DNA of 32,000 nt, taken from the NCBI RefSeq assembly GCF_000223395.1, contig NC_015931.1:360001-392000 (forward strand), given 5' to 3'. Positions within the stretch are counted from its first letter, which is position 1; each line of letters begins with the position of its first letter. Positions 17,790 through 27,005 of the stretch are shown piece after piece. Both the position numbers and the translations under genes were made by a program. Under the pieces are notes generated by a model. The model was not told the DNA's origin. It saw only the letters and a list, made by a program, of their open reading frames with translations, and did no database searches. Source of the DNA: Pyrolobus fumarii 1A (GTDB lineage Archaea; Thermoproteota; Thermoprotei_A; Sulfolobales; Pyrodictiaceae).

Positions 17790-17833
17790 GAGAAAATACG
17801 CCAAATTTTTTAAACTAAATATATGGTAACTGG

Positions 17834-17846
17834 GCTACAACAAGTT
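17834..17846 (+). repeat. Copy 3 of motif GCTACAACAAGTT in an AT-rich divergent intergenic region
   Basis: The 12-mer is identical to copy 1 and the 11-mer is identical to copy 2. Confidence 0.7.
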
Positions 17847-18007
17847 TGAACGTATTTTATCGCTCAGTGGTATAGTGAGTAGAGATGATACCGCATTTAG
17901 ATAGTTATGCTGAAATACGTACCAGTATGTGTATGTATGTTCATCAAGTCTTGAGGTAGTGTTATCACCCAGTTTCCTCTGCTCGGTTGGTTTGATGGTG
18001 CTGGGCT

Positions 18008-20050
18008 TTGGGTGTGAGGAGACTAGCACCGCTCTTGCTAGTGTTCCTCATTATCGCTCAGCCACTTGTAGCCGCCGAGACTGTTAGGGTGATAGGCGTC
18101 CAGACGCTCTACGTGCCTGGCGTCTACTTCGCGCCGAATGGCACGATGATCGGGCTGCCGTCGGTGTTGAGGGTTGAGGGCCTATACCCCGGCTCTGGCC
18201 GGGTATACTTCTCGACGCAGCCGTTGACGGAGGTCGATACGCAGGCGGCTGCGCGCATAGCGGCGCTCATCGCGTCTATCTATGCGGGTGCTGACCCGCT
18301 TAGCGTCGACTGGCTTGTCTCGTTAACATCGGAGTCGCCGGTTGTTGGTGGCCCGAGTGCTAGCGCAGCTACAGCCCTAGCGATGTACGCGGTTCTGACC
18401 GGGAGGAGGATACCGGAGAACGTCTCGCTAACCGGCATGATAGGCGTTGATGGCTCGATCGGCCCGGTGGGTGGTATACCGGAGAAGCTGCGGGCCATGG
18501 CCAGGGTTGGTGTCAAGACGTTCTTCATACCGAGTGGTGAGGAGATCAGCTATGAGATTAGGCGTGTTGTGGAGAAGCACGGAGGCATGGTCATCGAGCG
18601 TGTTGAGAAGGTCCCGGTTAACGTCACTGCCCTTGGAGAGGAGCTAGGAGTTAGGGTCGTCCCTGTTGCGAGCTTCGCCCAGCTGATAGAGGAGGTGTTC
18701 GGGGTTAAACCCCCGAGGGTTAAGCTCACGCTCCCAAGCGAGCTGAGAGACTACCTCATGAGGGTTGCTCTGCGCTATATGAGTGAGGCTGAGGGTAACG
18801 CGTCTAAAGCAGAGAGCCTCTACCAGCAGCTCCAGAAGTCTCTCGGCGGCGGTCTCGACCAGTGGGTCGAGTCTAGGCTCAACCAGAGCCGCGAGCTGCT
18901 AGACGAGGCTAGGCGCGCTCTACAACAGCACGCCTACTACGTGGCGGCTAGCAGGGCGTTCGCGGCGGCTATACAGGCTAGGCAGGCGCTAGAAGTGTTG
19001 AAGCTTGTGCAGCTCCACGTGGAGGAGGGTGTGGGTGTACTCCCGGCGGCTAGGCAGATACTCGACGAGCTGCTAAACGACACGGAGTCCATACTAGAGT
19101 CGGTCAACAGGACGCTAACCGCGCTAACCGAAAGCCGTGATGTTAACGCGTTGCAGGTGGCTGTTGGTGTCTTCGAGAGGGTTAGGTTAGCGGCTGACGC
19201 GGTCGAGAGGAGCAGGGTTCTCTACAAGAACCGTGACGTCATAGGGGCTTTGAGCGAGGCGGTCTACGCGTACTACCGTGCGAGGAGTGCGGAGGACTGG
19301 GCACAGACGTACAACCTCCTAGGCCGCGGCCCGGCCTACGACACAGAGAGGCTCCGCGAGACGCTCTCGACGTTCACCGGGTTCGCTGAGATGCTAGTCA
19401 CGTACCTCGAGAAACTCGGAGTTAGCAACGAGTACCTGGCGGCGGCCCAGGGCGCGTTGAACGAGCTCTATGCGGCCGCCGAGAAGGGGCTACCCTACGA
19501 GCTTAGGCTCCCGATAGCCATAGACGCTATCACCTACGCAACGCTAGCAGTACACGCAGAGTACAACACAGCCGCGAGGCTATACAACGCGTCGCGCGAG
19601 ACAGCCCTGTACGCGTACGCCGTGATAGCCTCCAGGGGCGTCAAGCCGATACTAGCGGCGAGCTACGTCGAGGCTGGTGACGAGACGCACGAGCCTCTCG
19701 CAAAGCTGAGCTACTACACTAGAGCCTCCACTATACTACTCGTGCTCTACACGCTCCTAGCCACGGGCCGGGCGCCCCCAGCCATAGAGTCGGGCGAGGC
19801 GCCAGAGACGCCATGCGCTTGTACAGGCACGCCTAGCACCTCTACGGTGGTCACGAGCGTGCAGGGCGGGACGGTGACAATATCAAAGATCTTCACGGTC
19901 ACGAAGACCGTAACCGAGACGAAGACGGTGTATACCATCGCTAGGCTCGAGAACCCAGAGACCAGGGCCATGATAGAGGCGTTGACGGCGGGCCTCATAC
20001 TCGGGGTAGCCGCGGGCATCATAGTGTCGATTGCTCGCGGTAGACGCTAG
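18008..20050 (+). CDS. Exported, C-terminally anchored Lon-type (S16) serine protease domain protein lacking an AAA+ module
   Basis: 680 aa with signal peptide 'RRLAPLLLVFLIIAQPLVAAE'. An alternative start is GTG at 18014. 'VGGPSASAATALAMY' holds the catalytic Ser and 'GPVGGIPEKLRAMARVGVKTFFIP' the catalytic Lys, which together form the Lon proteolytic-domain dyad. No Walker motifs are present. A long helical region follows, then a Thr-rich linker and a terminal TM helix plus 'RGRR'. Confidence 0.85.
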   Translation: MGVRRLAPLLLVFLIIAQPLVAAETVRVIGVQTLYVPGVYFAPNGTMIGLPSVLRVEGLYPGSGRVYFSTQPLTEVDTQAAARIAALIASIYAGADPLSVDWLVSLTSESPVVGGPSASAATALAMYAVLTGRRIPENVSLTGMIGVDGSIGPVGGIPEKLRAMARVGVKTFFIPSGEEISYEIRRVVEKHGGMVIERVEKVPVNVTALGEELGVRVVPVASFAQLIEEVFGVKPPRVKLTLPSELRDYLMRVALRYMSEAEGNASKAESLYQQLQKSLGGGLDQWVESRLNQSRELLDEARRALQQHAYYVAASRAFAAAIQARQALEVLKLVQLHVEEGVGVLPAARQILDELLNDTESILESVNRTLTALTESRDVNALQVAVGVFERVRLAADAVERSRVLYKNRDVIGALSEAVYAYYRARSAEDWAQTYNLLGRGPAYDTERLRETLSTFTGFAEMLVTYLEKLGVSNEYLAAAQGALNELYAAAEKGLPYELRLPIAIDAITYATLAVHAEYNTAARLYNASRETALYAYAVIASRGVKPILAASYVEAGDETHEPLAKLSYYTRASTILLVLYTLLATGRAPPAIESGEAPETPCACTGTPSTSTVVTSVQGGTVTISKIFTVTKTVTETKTVYTIARLENPETRAMIEALTAGLILGVAAGIIVSIARGRR

Positions 20051-20361
20051 GCGGCTAGCGAGAGGACGCGCTCGAGGCTAGACCCCAGCTTTTTACGCAA
20101 GGGTCTAAGCCACGAGGCTAGGTTGTAGCACCCCTCGCCCTTCTCCATCAACCCCTTCTCCCTGATGCGCTTGAACATCAAATCGGGTTTCATGATGCCA
20201 TGTTGTATCCTAAGCTCCTGCTCCGCGATAATCTCGCCGACCGATATGTGCTCCCAGAGGTAGCGAAACGTGATATACTCCTCCTTCGTGAGCTTCTCAA
20301 CCATCTCGCGGAGCTTCCTTAGAGCCTTCCTCTCCTCCTCGCTAAGCCCCGTTACCGCCAA
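20047..20361 (-). CDS. Small hypothetical protein, possibly winged-helix-like
   Basis: TTG start, 104 aa with a charged helical composition. 'RIREKGLMEKGEGCYNL' resembles a recognition helix plus wing. Its stop shares the palindrome CTAG with the convergent protease stop. Confidence 0.55.
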   Translation of the reverse strand: MAVTGLSEEERKALRKLREMVEKLTKEEYITFRYLWEHISVGEIIAEQELRIQHGIMKPDLMFKRIREKGLMEKGEGCYNLASWLRPLRKKLGSSLERVLSLAA

Positions 20362-20368
20362 GCTACCC

Positions 20369-21064
20369 CTATAGTGGCGTGTAGCACCCCCTCTCCATGA
20401 ATAGGCTTACCGCTAGCAACCCACGCGCCCCGTAACGCTCCCCTCCCACCACCTCCCCCGGTATCGCCGGGGGCTCGGCGGTGAACGCCGCGAAGGGCCC
20501 AGCCCTCTCCACCCGAGCTACTCTCATCAGCGCTGCTAGGCTCCTCGCGCGCAACCGCCTCACAAGCCCAGCTATACCAGAGAGGTCGTCGAGGCCGGGC
20601 AGCCTCCCGCTCCTAACTCCACCCTCGAGCCCCGTGACCCACGCGACACTAGACTCGACGCCATAATCCTCCAGGCTCGCGACGGTATAGACGAGGCAGG
20701 GGCAGGAGGCTAGGCTACCAGCGGGCATGGCAACCCTCCCACCCTCGTAGACCACAACCGGCTCGTCGCCACAAACATCGTCGCATGTGAGTGTCTCGCC
20801 GAGAGGCGTAGGGTTCGCATAGACTAGCACCCTCCCCTCCCCGACCAGCCTCGCAACCCTAACCGGGAGCGGCGTAGCGGGCCTCAAGCCGCCAAGCCTC
20901 TCGGATAGGACGGCGAACACGTCCTCGAGGCTAGGGTAGAGGGCAAGCTCGACATCATCACCCCCGTAGAAGCTCTCACGGATAGCATTCGCTAGTGCCG
21001 AGGGCTCCACGAGCCTAGCCGGTATGAGCGGCGGAGGCGTCTCGCGAAAGACGCATCTAGCCAC
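20369..21064 (-). CDS. Hypothetical protein
   Basis: GTG start, 231 aa. It ends 7 nt before the next gene's start (operon). No recognisable motif was found. Confidence 0.55.
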   Translation of the reverse strand: MARCVFRETPPPLIPARLVEPSALANAIRESFYGGDDVELALYPSLEDVFAVLSERLGGLRPATPLPVRVARLVGEGRVLVYANPTPLGETLTCDDVCGDEPVVVYEGGRVAMPAGSLASCPCLVYTVASLEDYGVESSVAWVTGLEGGVRSGRLPGLDDLSGIAGLVRRLRARSLAALMRVARVERAGPFAAFTAEPPAIPGEVVGGERYGARGLLAVSLFMERGCYTPL

Positions 21065-21120
21065 ACGCCCCTCCCCACAGCCTTACAGCTGAGCGAGCCG
21101 CTAGGTAGTTAGGAGTAGGG

Positions 21121-24100
21121 TTGTTTCGGCAACCGATAGGGGCTGGTTTGCACCACGCCACCCGCCTCTCGGCGACGTTCCTCCCGCCACTCCTGCTAGT
21201 TCTACTCGTGATGATCTCCTTCACAGCCGAGGCGAAGGTAGAGTTCAACGTCGACAGCTACACTTGGAAGTCGCGAGTCGGCGGCGACAAGGTCTACCCG
21301 GGGAGCCGCGGCGTAACCCTCACAGTCACAGTCTACTACATGGGCAACGAGACACTCGAGGATGTAACCGGGTGCCTCCTCCTACCCCCAGGCGTAACAC
21401 CATCCACGGGGTCCTCCAGCTGCGCACCCGCACTCCGACCAGACGGGACACCCTACCTCCAAGTCCAGCCCGGCGACGTGATAGTCTTCGTCTTCAGGCT
21501 CGACATATCCAAGAGCGTCGAGCCGGGGTGGGTGGGTACACCCCTCTACATACGCTACTATAGCCTCGACACGGGCGAGCCCGGCACGAGCAACTTGTTC
21601 GGCATTAGCATCTACGTCTCTCCATACCCGACCCCGTCTCTACGCGTGGAGGACGTATACTGGGAGCCGGTGGGCTATCCCGGTACGCAAGGCGCCACAC
21701 TGAACCTGGTGCTCCTCAACACCGGCGAGTCTAGCATAGAGAGCGGCACGGCGATACTCGAGCTGGATCCCAACGCCTTCCGCCCAGCCGTTCACCGCGT
21801 CACACTCCCCGCCGTGGCTAGCGGCGGGCGCATACACCTACGCGTCACGAGCATCTCGATAAGCCCGGGCGCAGACCCCGGACTCTACAAGGCGAGGCTA
21901 GAGGCTAACGTGACAGCGGCTACCGAGGACGGTGTCGAGTACCAGGCTAGGATAGAGCTAGAGCTATCCATCCCGGTCGCGGAGCCACCGCCCATCAACC
22001 TAACCATGCTCGACTATGGCTTCGAGGGGCTCGTCGCGCCGGGCTCGCGTGGAGCCAGGCTGTACGCGACGCTACTCCAAAACCAGCCGGGCGTCACGGT
22101 ACAGGCTATAGTGGCGCGCCTCCAGCTCGAAGGCGCGACCCTCGCCAACGGCAGCACTACGGCGGTGCTCGCCGAGACCCTCCACCTACCCTACGGCGCC
22201 ACGACAACCATACTCCTCGAGCCCCTCACCATCAACGATAGCGTTGTGAGGGTCCGCCTCGTCGTGGACGCTCTGGTCTCGGAGGGGGGCAGCGAGTACT
22301 GGGCGAGACTAGGCTACAACCTCACCATAGAGCTGCGCCCCCCGCCCCTCGACATACGCGTGCTCAACGTCACGTGGGTTGGTGGCCGCGCTTACCCGGG
22401 GTCGCAGGGGCTAACGCTACGCGTGACACTAGCCAACATGGACTATAGGAGCCTCGAGGGTATCACCGCGACGCTCGTGCTGCCCCTAGGCTTCCACCCC
22501 GAGAGGCTAACCGTCACCATCCCAGCGCTCCAGCCGGGGTCGACCACAACACTAGAGTTCCGCGGCGTGAGCATCGAGCCGAACCTACAGCCGGGGCTAT
22601 ACGCTGCGCGCCTATCGTTGAGGGGCTTGGTCTCCACCAGCGGCTCCTACACGACGTTCAACACGAGCCTAGCCATACTCGTGCGCCTCGACGGTTTCAA
22701 CGCCAACCTCTTCCGCGTTGAGAGCGCCGGGTGGGAGACCGGCATAGCCTACAACGGGTCGAGAGGGGTAACCTTAACCGCGACGCTAACCCCCATGCAC
22801 CCAGGCGCGCGTATAGAGGCGCTCTACGCGACGATAGTCCTCCCGCCTGGCATCCACCGCAACAACCTCACCAGCGTTAACGTGACGCTCGGAGGGCCCT
22901 ACAGCTACGGCGAGCCCATCTCAATTAGACTCGACCGCCTGAGCATCGAGGGCAGCGTCTCTGGCAGCGTGCCGGTAGCGCTGGTTTTGAAGGCGCTCGT
23001 ATCCCTCGGAGAAGCTGAGACCTGGCATGAGGAGACCCACGTCATACTCCTGCCGGTGTCGGCCCCGAGGCTGGAGGTGAGGATCCTAGACTACTCGTGG
23101 GCGACAATAGCCTCGGGTAACGCCAGCGGCGCCAGGCTGCGCATACTCCTACAGTCGCTGAGCGAGGCCAGGGTGACGCAACTAGTGATACACTACCGGG
23201 TTTTGACAGGCGGTTTCTTCATAGGCTCGGGGCGCGAGGTCACACAGACCGTGACCCTGAGCCTAGAGTATGGGCAGGCGGCTAGCATCGAGACGCCCCC
23301 GCTGGTCTTGAAGAGCGGTAGCCTGGAGCTGCTCTTGACGCTTGAGGCTCGGCTCGAGCTAGACGGCATGGTATACACGGCTAGGGCGCGCCAATCGATC
23401 CGCGTGGAGGCTCCGCCCCCTCCGGGAGACCTCCAGCCCACAAGCATCGAGATACTCTATGGTGGTGCTCCTGCTAGGATAGCGCCGGGAGCCGAGGGCA
23501 TAGTGCTACGCGTGCGCCTCCTCAACACGCGGCCAGACGCGATAGCAAGCGTCGCTGCCACTCTTGAGGCTCCTGAGGGGTTCACGGTCGAGGGGAGTGG
23601 CGGCACGTGCCTAGGCGGCGTGGGCCCGGGCTCGCAGTGCACGCTCGAGTTTGTGCTTCGCGTATCGCCTCTTGTGGAGCCGGGCTCCTACAACGCGAGC
23701 ATACGCCTCGTATACACCGTGGTCGAGGGCGGCGCTCTGGCTATCCACGAGCGGCTGGTTAGGCTCGTGCTCCCCGTTGTGCCTCTCGAGGAGGTAGCGC
23801 CGAGGCTGCGCGTGCTAAGCGTCCATTGGGGCACGAGCCCGACCATAGTCTACCCGGAGGCTGGCGTAACCCAGCTAGCTGTCACGATAGTCAACCTCGG
23901 CAGGTGGGAGGCGAGCGGCGTCACAGTAACGGTATCCACGAGCGCCGCGAACATAACGGTGCTAAACCCGAGTGTGGTGTGCGCCGCGACGCTCCCACCC
24001 GGGTCTAGCTGCACGGCGGTCTTCCGGGTGAGGGTGGGGGAGGCTAAGCCAGGCTGGGTGCCACTGAGGCTCACCATAGCCCAGCTGGTGCGCACGTACG

Positions 24101-25779
24101 GCGTGAACGCGGTGCTCAAGGAGAGTGTGGAGACTCGCGTCTGGCTAGGCGAGCCCCCGTGGAGCGGCGTGGTCGTCGTTGACGCCGGGTGGCTGAACGA
24201 CTGGCCAGTCTACCCGAACACGAGCCGCGCAGAGTACCGCGTAACGATAGCCAACCTCAACCCCTACCCGCTAGCCGGCGTGCTCGCCACCCTCGAGGCG
24301 CCACACGGCATGAGGGCTGGCGTTGCCTACGCCCCCGGCCCCATACAGCCATATTCCGTGGCCGTTCTCGACATACCCGTGGACGTGGGTAGCGTCAAGC
24401 CCGGCGTGTACAACGCGACGCTGGTCATAGAGTACATGCTGGCCGTGGAGGGCGTAGAGTGGCGGCACGTGAAGCGCGTACCAGTCAAGCTAGAGGTCCA
24501 TAGCGTAGAGGAGGCGTTGACCCTCGTGACGCTCTACTGGGAGGGTGGCTCCCCCGAGCCCGGCACGATAGGCGCCACGCTCAACCTAATCCTGCGTAAC
24601 AACGAGGTGCCCGAGATGACCGGTGTAGTCGTCCGGCTAATCCTCCCACCCGGCATAAGAGCCTCCGTGGGTAACGCCAGCGTCGCCGCCGTTCCGGCAG
24701 GCACGCCGCTACCCTCCATCCCCGCGGCACCCGAGGCAGCAACGCAACTAGACCAGCAGCAGGTAGCGAAGCTCCTCGAGGCGCTCCGCGCCGCCCAGAC
24801 CGGGGGTGTAGCGACGAACGTCTACCCGAGGGGCTCCTTCATAGCGGCGAGGGTGGCGCTCAACCTCTATGAGGCTCGCGTGGGCGAGCACCCGGTGACG
24901 GTGGAGGTCGAGTTTATCGACGCGTGGGGCTCCAGGCATGTCTATCGCGTACCCACGCGGATAGTGGTGCACGGCTCCGCCAGGCTAGTGGATATCGAGA
25001 CGCCGCCGGTCGTCAACGTGACCGGCGGCTGGGCTAGGGTAGAGCTACGCGTAGTGAACATAGGCAGCGGGCCGGTCTACAACGCCTACCTCTACATCGT
25101 GCCGCGCGTCCCCCTCCTACTACCAAACCGCACAGTGTACTACCTCGGAACCCTCCAGCCACACCAGCCGGTGGCCATCGAGACGAGCATGTACTACAAC
25201 CCGGCTGGCCTCACCTACTGGACCGGGAGCGACCAGAGGTACGCCTCAGTCCCCTTCACCTTCGTGGTGGTATACAGGGATGTGACAGGCACCCTGCACA
25301 TGGTCAACCTCACGAAGCCCGTGCAGCTCCTACCCTTCATCGACATCCGCCTCGGGGCTGACACGAGGGCGGAGCAGAGGGGCTCCACGCTAACAGTCGG
25401 CGGCACTATAGTCAACCAGGGTACGGCCACGGCGCGCAGCGTGGAGGTCATAGTCGAGGCTGGCGGCGCGAGAAGCTCGAGCTTCATAGGCGACATGAGT
25501 CCGGGCGACCAGGCGGCTTTCAGGATAGACCTGGTGGTCGAGGGGCGCCCAGAGAGTGCAAAGCTCACAGTGGTATACCGGGATGACTACGGGAGGCTCT
25601 ACGAGAAGAGTTACGAGCTACGCGTATACCACCACCCCGTGGCCACCGGGACGGCGACGCCGAGGCCGAGCCTCGAGGAGAGGGTGGTGCAGAGCATAGC
25701 GGTCATCGCCCCGCTGGCCGCCCTCACAGCCTCCCTCGTGCTATACGCGCTCTACAAGAGGAGGGGCAGGGCTCCATGA
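21121..25779 (+). CDS. Giant cell-surface protein of tandem ~120-aa beta-sandwich (CARDB / S-layer-domain-like) modules
   Basis: 1552 aa with N-terminal signal/anchor 'LLPPLLLVLLVMISFTAEA' and C-terminal TM helix plus 'KRRGRAP'. The module signature '[VA]YPGS[RQ]G.TL.V.L.N' recurs at nt 21292, 21673, 22034, 22390, 22748, 23110, 23478, 23849, 24209 and 24555, a spacing of 346-381 nt. Two further divergent modules follow. There are many N-x-S/T sequons. Confidence 0.85.
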   Translation: MFRQPIGAGLHHATRLSATFLPPLLLVLLVMISFTAEAKVEFNVDSYTWKSRVGGDKVYPGSRGVTLTVTVYYMGNETLEDVTGCLLLPPGVTPSTGSSSCAPALRPDGTPYLQVQPGDVIVFVFRLDISKSVEPGWVGTPLYIRYYSLDTGEPGTSNLFGISIYVSPYPTPSLRVEDVYWEPVGYPGTQGATLNLVLLNTGESSIESGTAILELDPNAFRPAVHRVTLPAVASGGRIHLRVTSISISPGADPGLYKARLEANVTAATEDGVEYQARIELELSIPVAEPPPINLTMLDYGFEGLVAPGSRGARLYATLLQNQPGVTVQAIVARLQLEGATLANGSTTAVLAETLHLPYGATTTILLEPLTINDSVVRVRLVVDALVSEGGSEYWARLGYNLTIELRPPPLDIRVLNVTWVGGRAYPGSQGLTLRVTLANMDYRSLEGITATLVLPLGFHPERLTVTIPALQPGSTTTLEFRGVSIEPNLQPGLYAARLSLRGLVSTSGSYTTFNTSLAILVRLDGFNANLFRVESAGWETGIAYNGSRGVTLTATLTPMHPGARIEALYATIVLPPGIHRNNLTSVNVTLGGPYSYGEPISIRLDRLSIEGSVSGSVPVALVLKALVSLGEAETWHEETHVILLPVSAPRLEVRILDYSWATIASGNASGARLRILLQSLSEARVTQLVIHYRVLTGGFFIGSGREVTQTVTLSLEYGQAASIETPPLVLKSGSLELLLTLEARLELDGMVYTARARQSIRVEAPPPPGDLQPTSIEILYGGAPARIAPGAEGIVLRVRLLNTRPDAIASVAATLEAPEGFTVEGSGGTCLGGVGPGSQCTLEFVLRVSPLVEPGSYNASIRLVYTVVEGGALAIHERLVRLVLPVVPLEEVAPRLRVLSVHWGTSPTIVYPEAGVTQLAVTIVNLGRWEASGVTVTVSTSAANITVLNPSVVCAATLPPGSSCTAVFRVRVGEAKPGWVPLRLTIAQLVRTYGVNAVLKESVETRVWLGEPPWSGVVVVDAGWLNDWPVYPNTSRAEYRVTIANLNPYPLAGVLATLEAPHGMRAGVAYAPGPIQPYSVAVLDIPVDVGSVKPGVYNATLVIEYMLAVEGVEWRHVKRVPVKLEVHSVEEALTLVTLYWEGGSPEPGTIGATLNLILRNNEVPEMTGVVVRLILPPGIRASVGNASVAAVPAGTPLPSIPAAPEAATQLDQQQVAKLLEALRAAQTGGVATNVYPRGSFIAARVALNLYEARVGEHPVTVEVEFIDAWGSRHVYRVPTRIVVHGSARLVDIETPPVVNVTGGWARVELRVVNIGSGPVYNAYLYIVPRVPLLLPNRTVYYLGTLQPHQPVAIETSMYYNPAGLTYWTGSDQRYASVPFTFVVVYRDVTGTLHMVNLTKPVQLLPFIDIRLGADTRAEQRGSTLTVGGTIVNQGTATARSVEVIVEAGGARSSSFIGDMSPGDQAAFRIDLVVEGRPESAKLTVVYRDDYGRLYEKSYELRVYHHPVATGTATPRPSLEERVVQSIAVIAPLAALTASLVLYALYKRRGRAP

Positions 25780-26999
25780 GCGCCCTGGTGTTCCTCCTGG
25801 ATGCGTTGAGGCTGGCTTACAAGACGCTCGCGGAGAGGAAGACCAGAGCGATACTCACGATAATAGGCGTTGCTATCGGGCCGCTTGCCCTCATAGCGAT
25901 GGTCAGCGTGGTTAAGGGCTACTCGAACTACATCCTCGGTCAGCTCGAGGCGCTCGGCCAGAACCTCGTGGTGGTAATGCCGTCCCAGTCCTACCAGTTG
26001 ACCGAGAGGGACCTGGAGAGGCTGCGCGCGATACCAGGCGTCCTCGAAGCGACCCCATTCTACACGACGCAGGGCTTCGTGAGGGTGGGCACGAGGGAGG
26101 TAAAGGTGACGGTGTACGCGACTAGGCTTGACATACTCTTCCGCGCCCTGAGCGGCCTGGAGGTGATGGAGGGCGGCGTGCCCCCCGAGAACGCGCCGAT
26201 ATACGCGCTCGTAGGCTACTACGTCTCCCGGACGCTGGACGAGCAGGTAGCCTACCGCGTCGGCGACCCTATCCCCGTGAGGCTGATAGTCCCGGGCGAC
26301 GGCGGGCTCCGGGAGCGCCGCGCAACGCTAATCGTGTATGGGGTGCTGGGTAGATTCGGCAGCTCGCCCATCCTCAACTTCGACTATAGCATACTCCTGC
26401 CCCTCTCAGCGGGCAGGAGGGTGCTACACCTCGACGAGTGGACGGGCATCATCATACTCGTGGAGAGGGCGGACCTGGTCCCGAACGTCACCAGGGAGAT
26501 ACGAGACATGTACGGGGACCTCGTGAGCGTCGTCTCCTTCCAGGGTATCGCCAGGGTGGTATCCTCGATAACCAGGGCGATGGAGTCGATAGCGTTCGTC
26601 ACCAGCCTATCCGCCTTCGCGGTCGCCGTGGCGGGCGTCTCGGCCACAATGATAACCTCGGTTGTCGAGAGGGTCCGGGAGATAGGCGTGCTGAAGGCGC
26701 TGGGCTTCACCGACGCCCAGGTGGTGACGATGATACTCCTCGAGGGCCTCCTCATAAGCCTGATTGCCGGTGCAGCCGGGGTGACGGCGGGTATAGGCGC
26801 AGCCTACCTCCTAGCCTTGAGGGGCTTCGAGATACACGGGGAGACGCTACACATGGTTATCCGCGCCGAGCCCGCCATAACCCCGGAGCTAGTCGCACAA
26901 ACACTCCTAGTGACGCTCCTCGTCGGCATCGCGGGGAGCGTTATACCGGCGTACCGCGCGGCCAGGATACCACCGGCGGTAGCCCTACGCTACGAGTGA
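25776..26999 (+). CDS. ABC transporter permease, MacB/FtsX-like, with a large extracytoplasmic domain between TM1 and TM2
   Basis: 407 aa. The N-terminus reads 'RKTRAILTIIGVAIGPLALIAM'. A ~220-aa loop follows, then the FtsX block 'REIGVLKALGFTDAQV'. The start overlaps the upstream stop (ATGA). Confidence 0.9.
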   Translation: MSALVFLLDALRLAYKTLAERKTRAILTIIGVAIGPLALIAMVSVVKGYSNYILGQLEALGQNLVVVMPSQSYQLTERDLERLRAIPGVLEATPFYTTQGFVRVGTREVKVTVYATRLDILFRALSGLEVMEGGVPPENAPIYALVGYYVSRTLDEQVAYRVGDPIPVRLIVPGDGGLRERRATLIVYGVLGRFGSSPILNFDYSILLPLSAGRRVLHLDEWTGIIILVERADLVPNVTREIRDMYGDLVSVVSFQGIARVVSSITRAMESIAFVTSLSAFAVAVAGVSATMITSVVERVREIGVLKALGFTDAQVVTMILLEGLLISLIAGAAGVTAGIGAAYLLALRGFEIHGETLHMVIRAEPAITPELVAQTLLVTLLVGIAGSVIPAYRAARIPPAVALRYE

Positions 27000-27005
27000 C
27001 GAGCC

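Noticed and set aside
17864-17946. A C/D-box sRNA candidate on the minus strand, with UGAUGA at 17946-17941 and CUGA at 17867-17864.
   Set aside because: The boxes are about 80 nt apart, with no credible internal D'/C' boxes and no terminal stem. The likelier explanation is chance in AT-rich promoter DNA.
17835-18029. A 64-aa minus-strand ORF in the AT-rich divergent intergenic region.
   Set aside because: It overlaps the likely promoter regions and the start of the protease gene. It has no ribosome-binding or promoter context and has an odd composition. The region is better explained as regulatory DNA containing motif copy 3.
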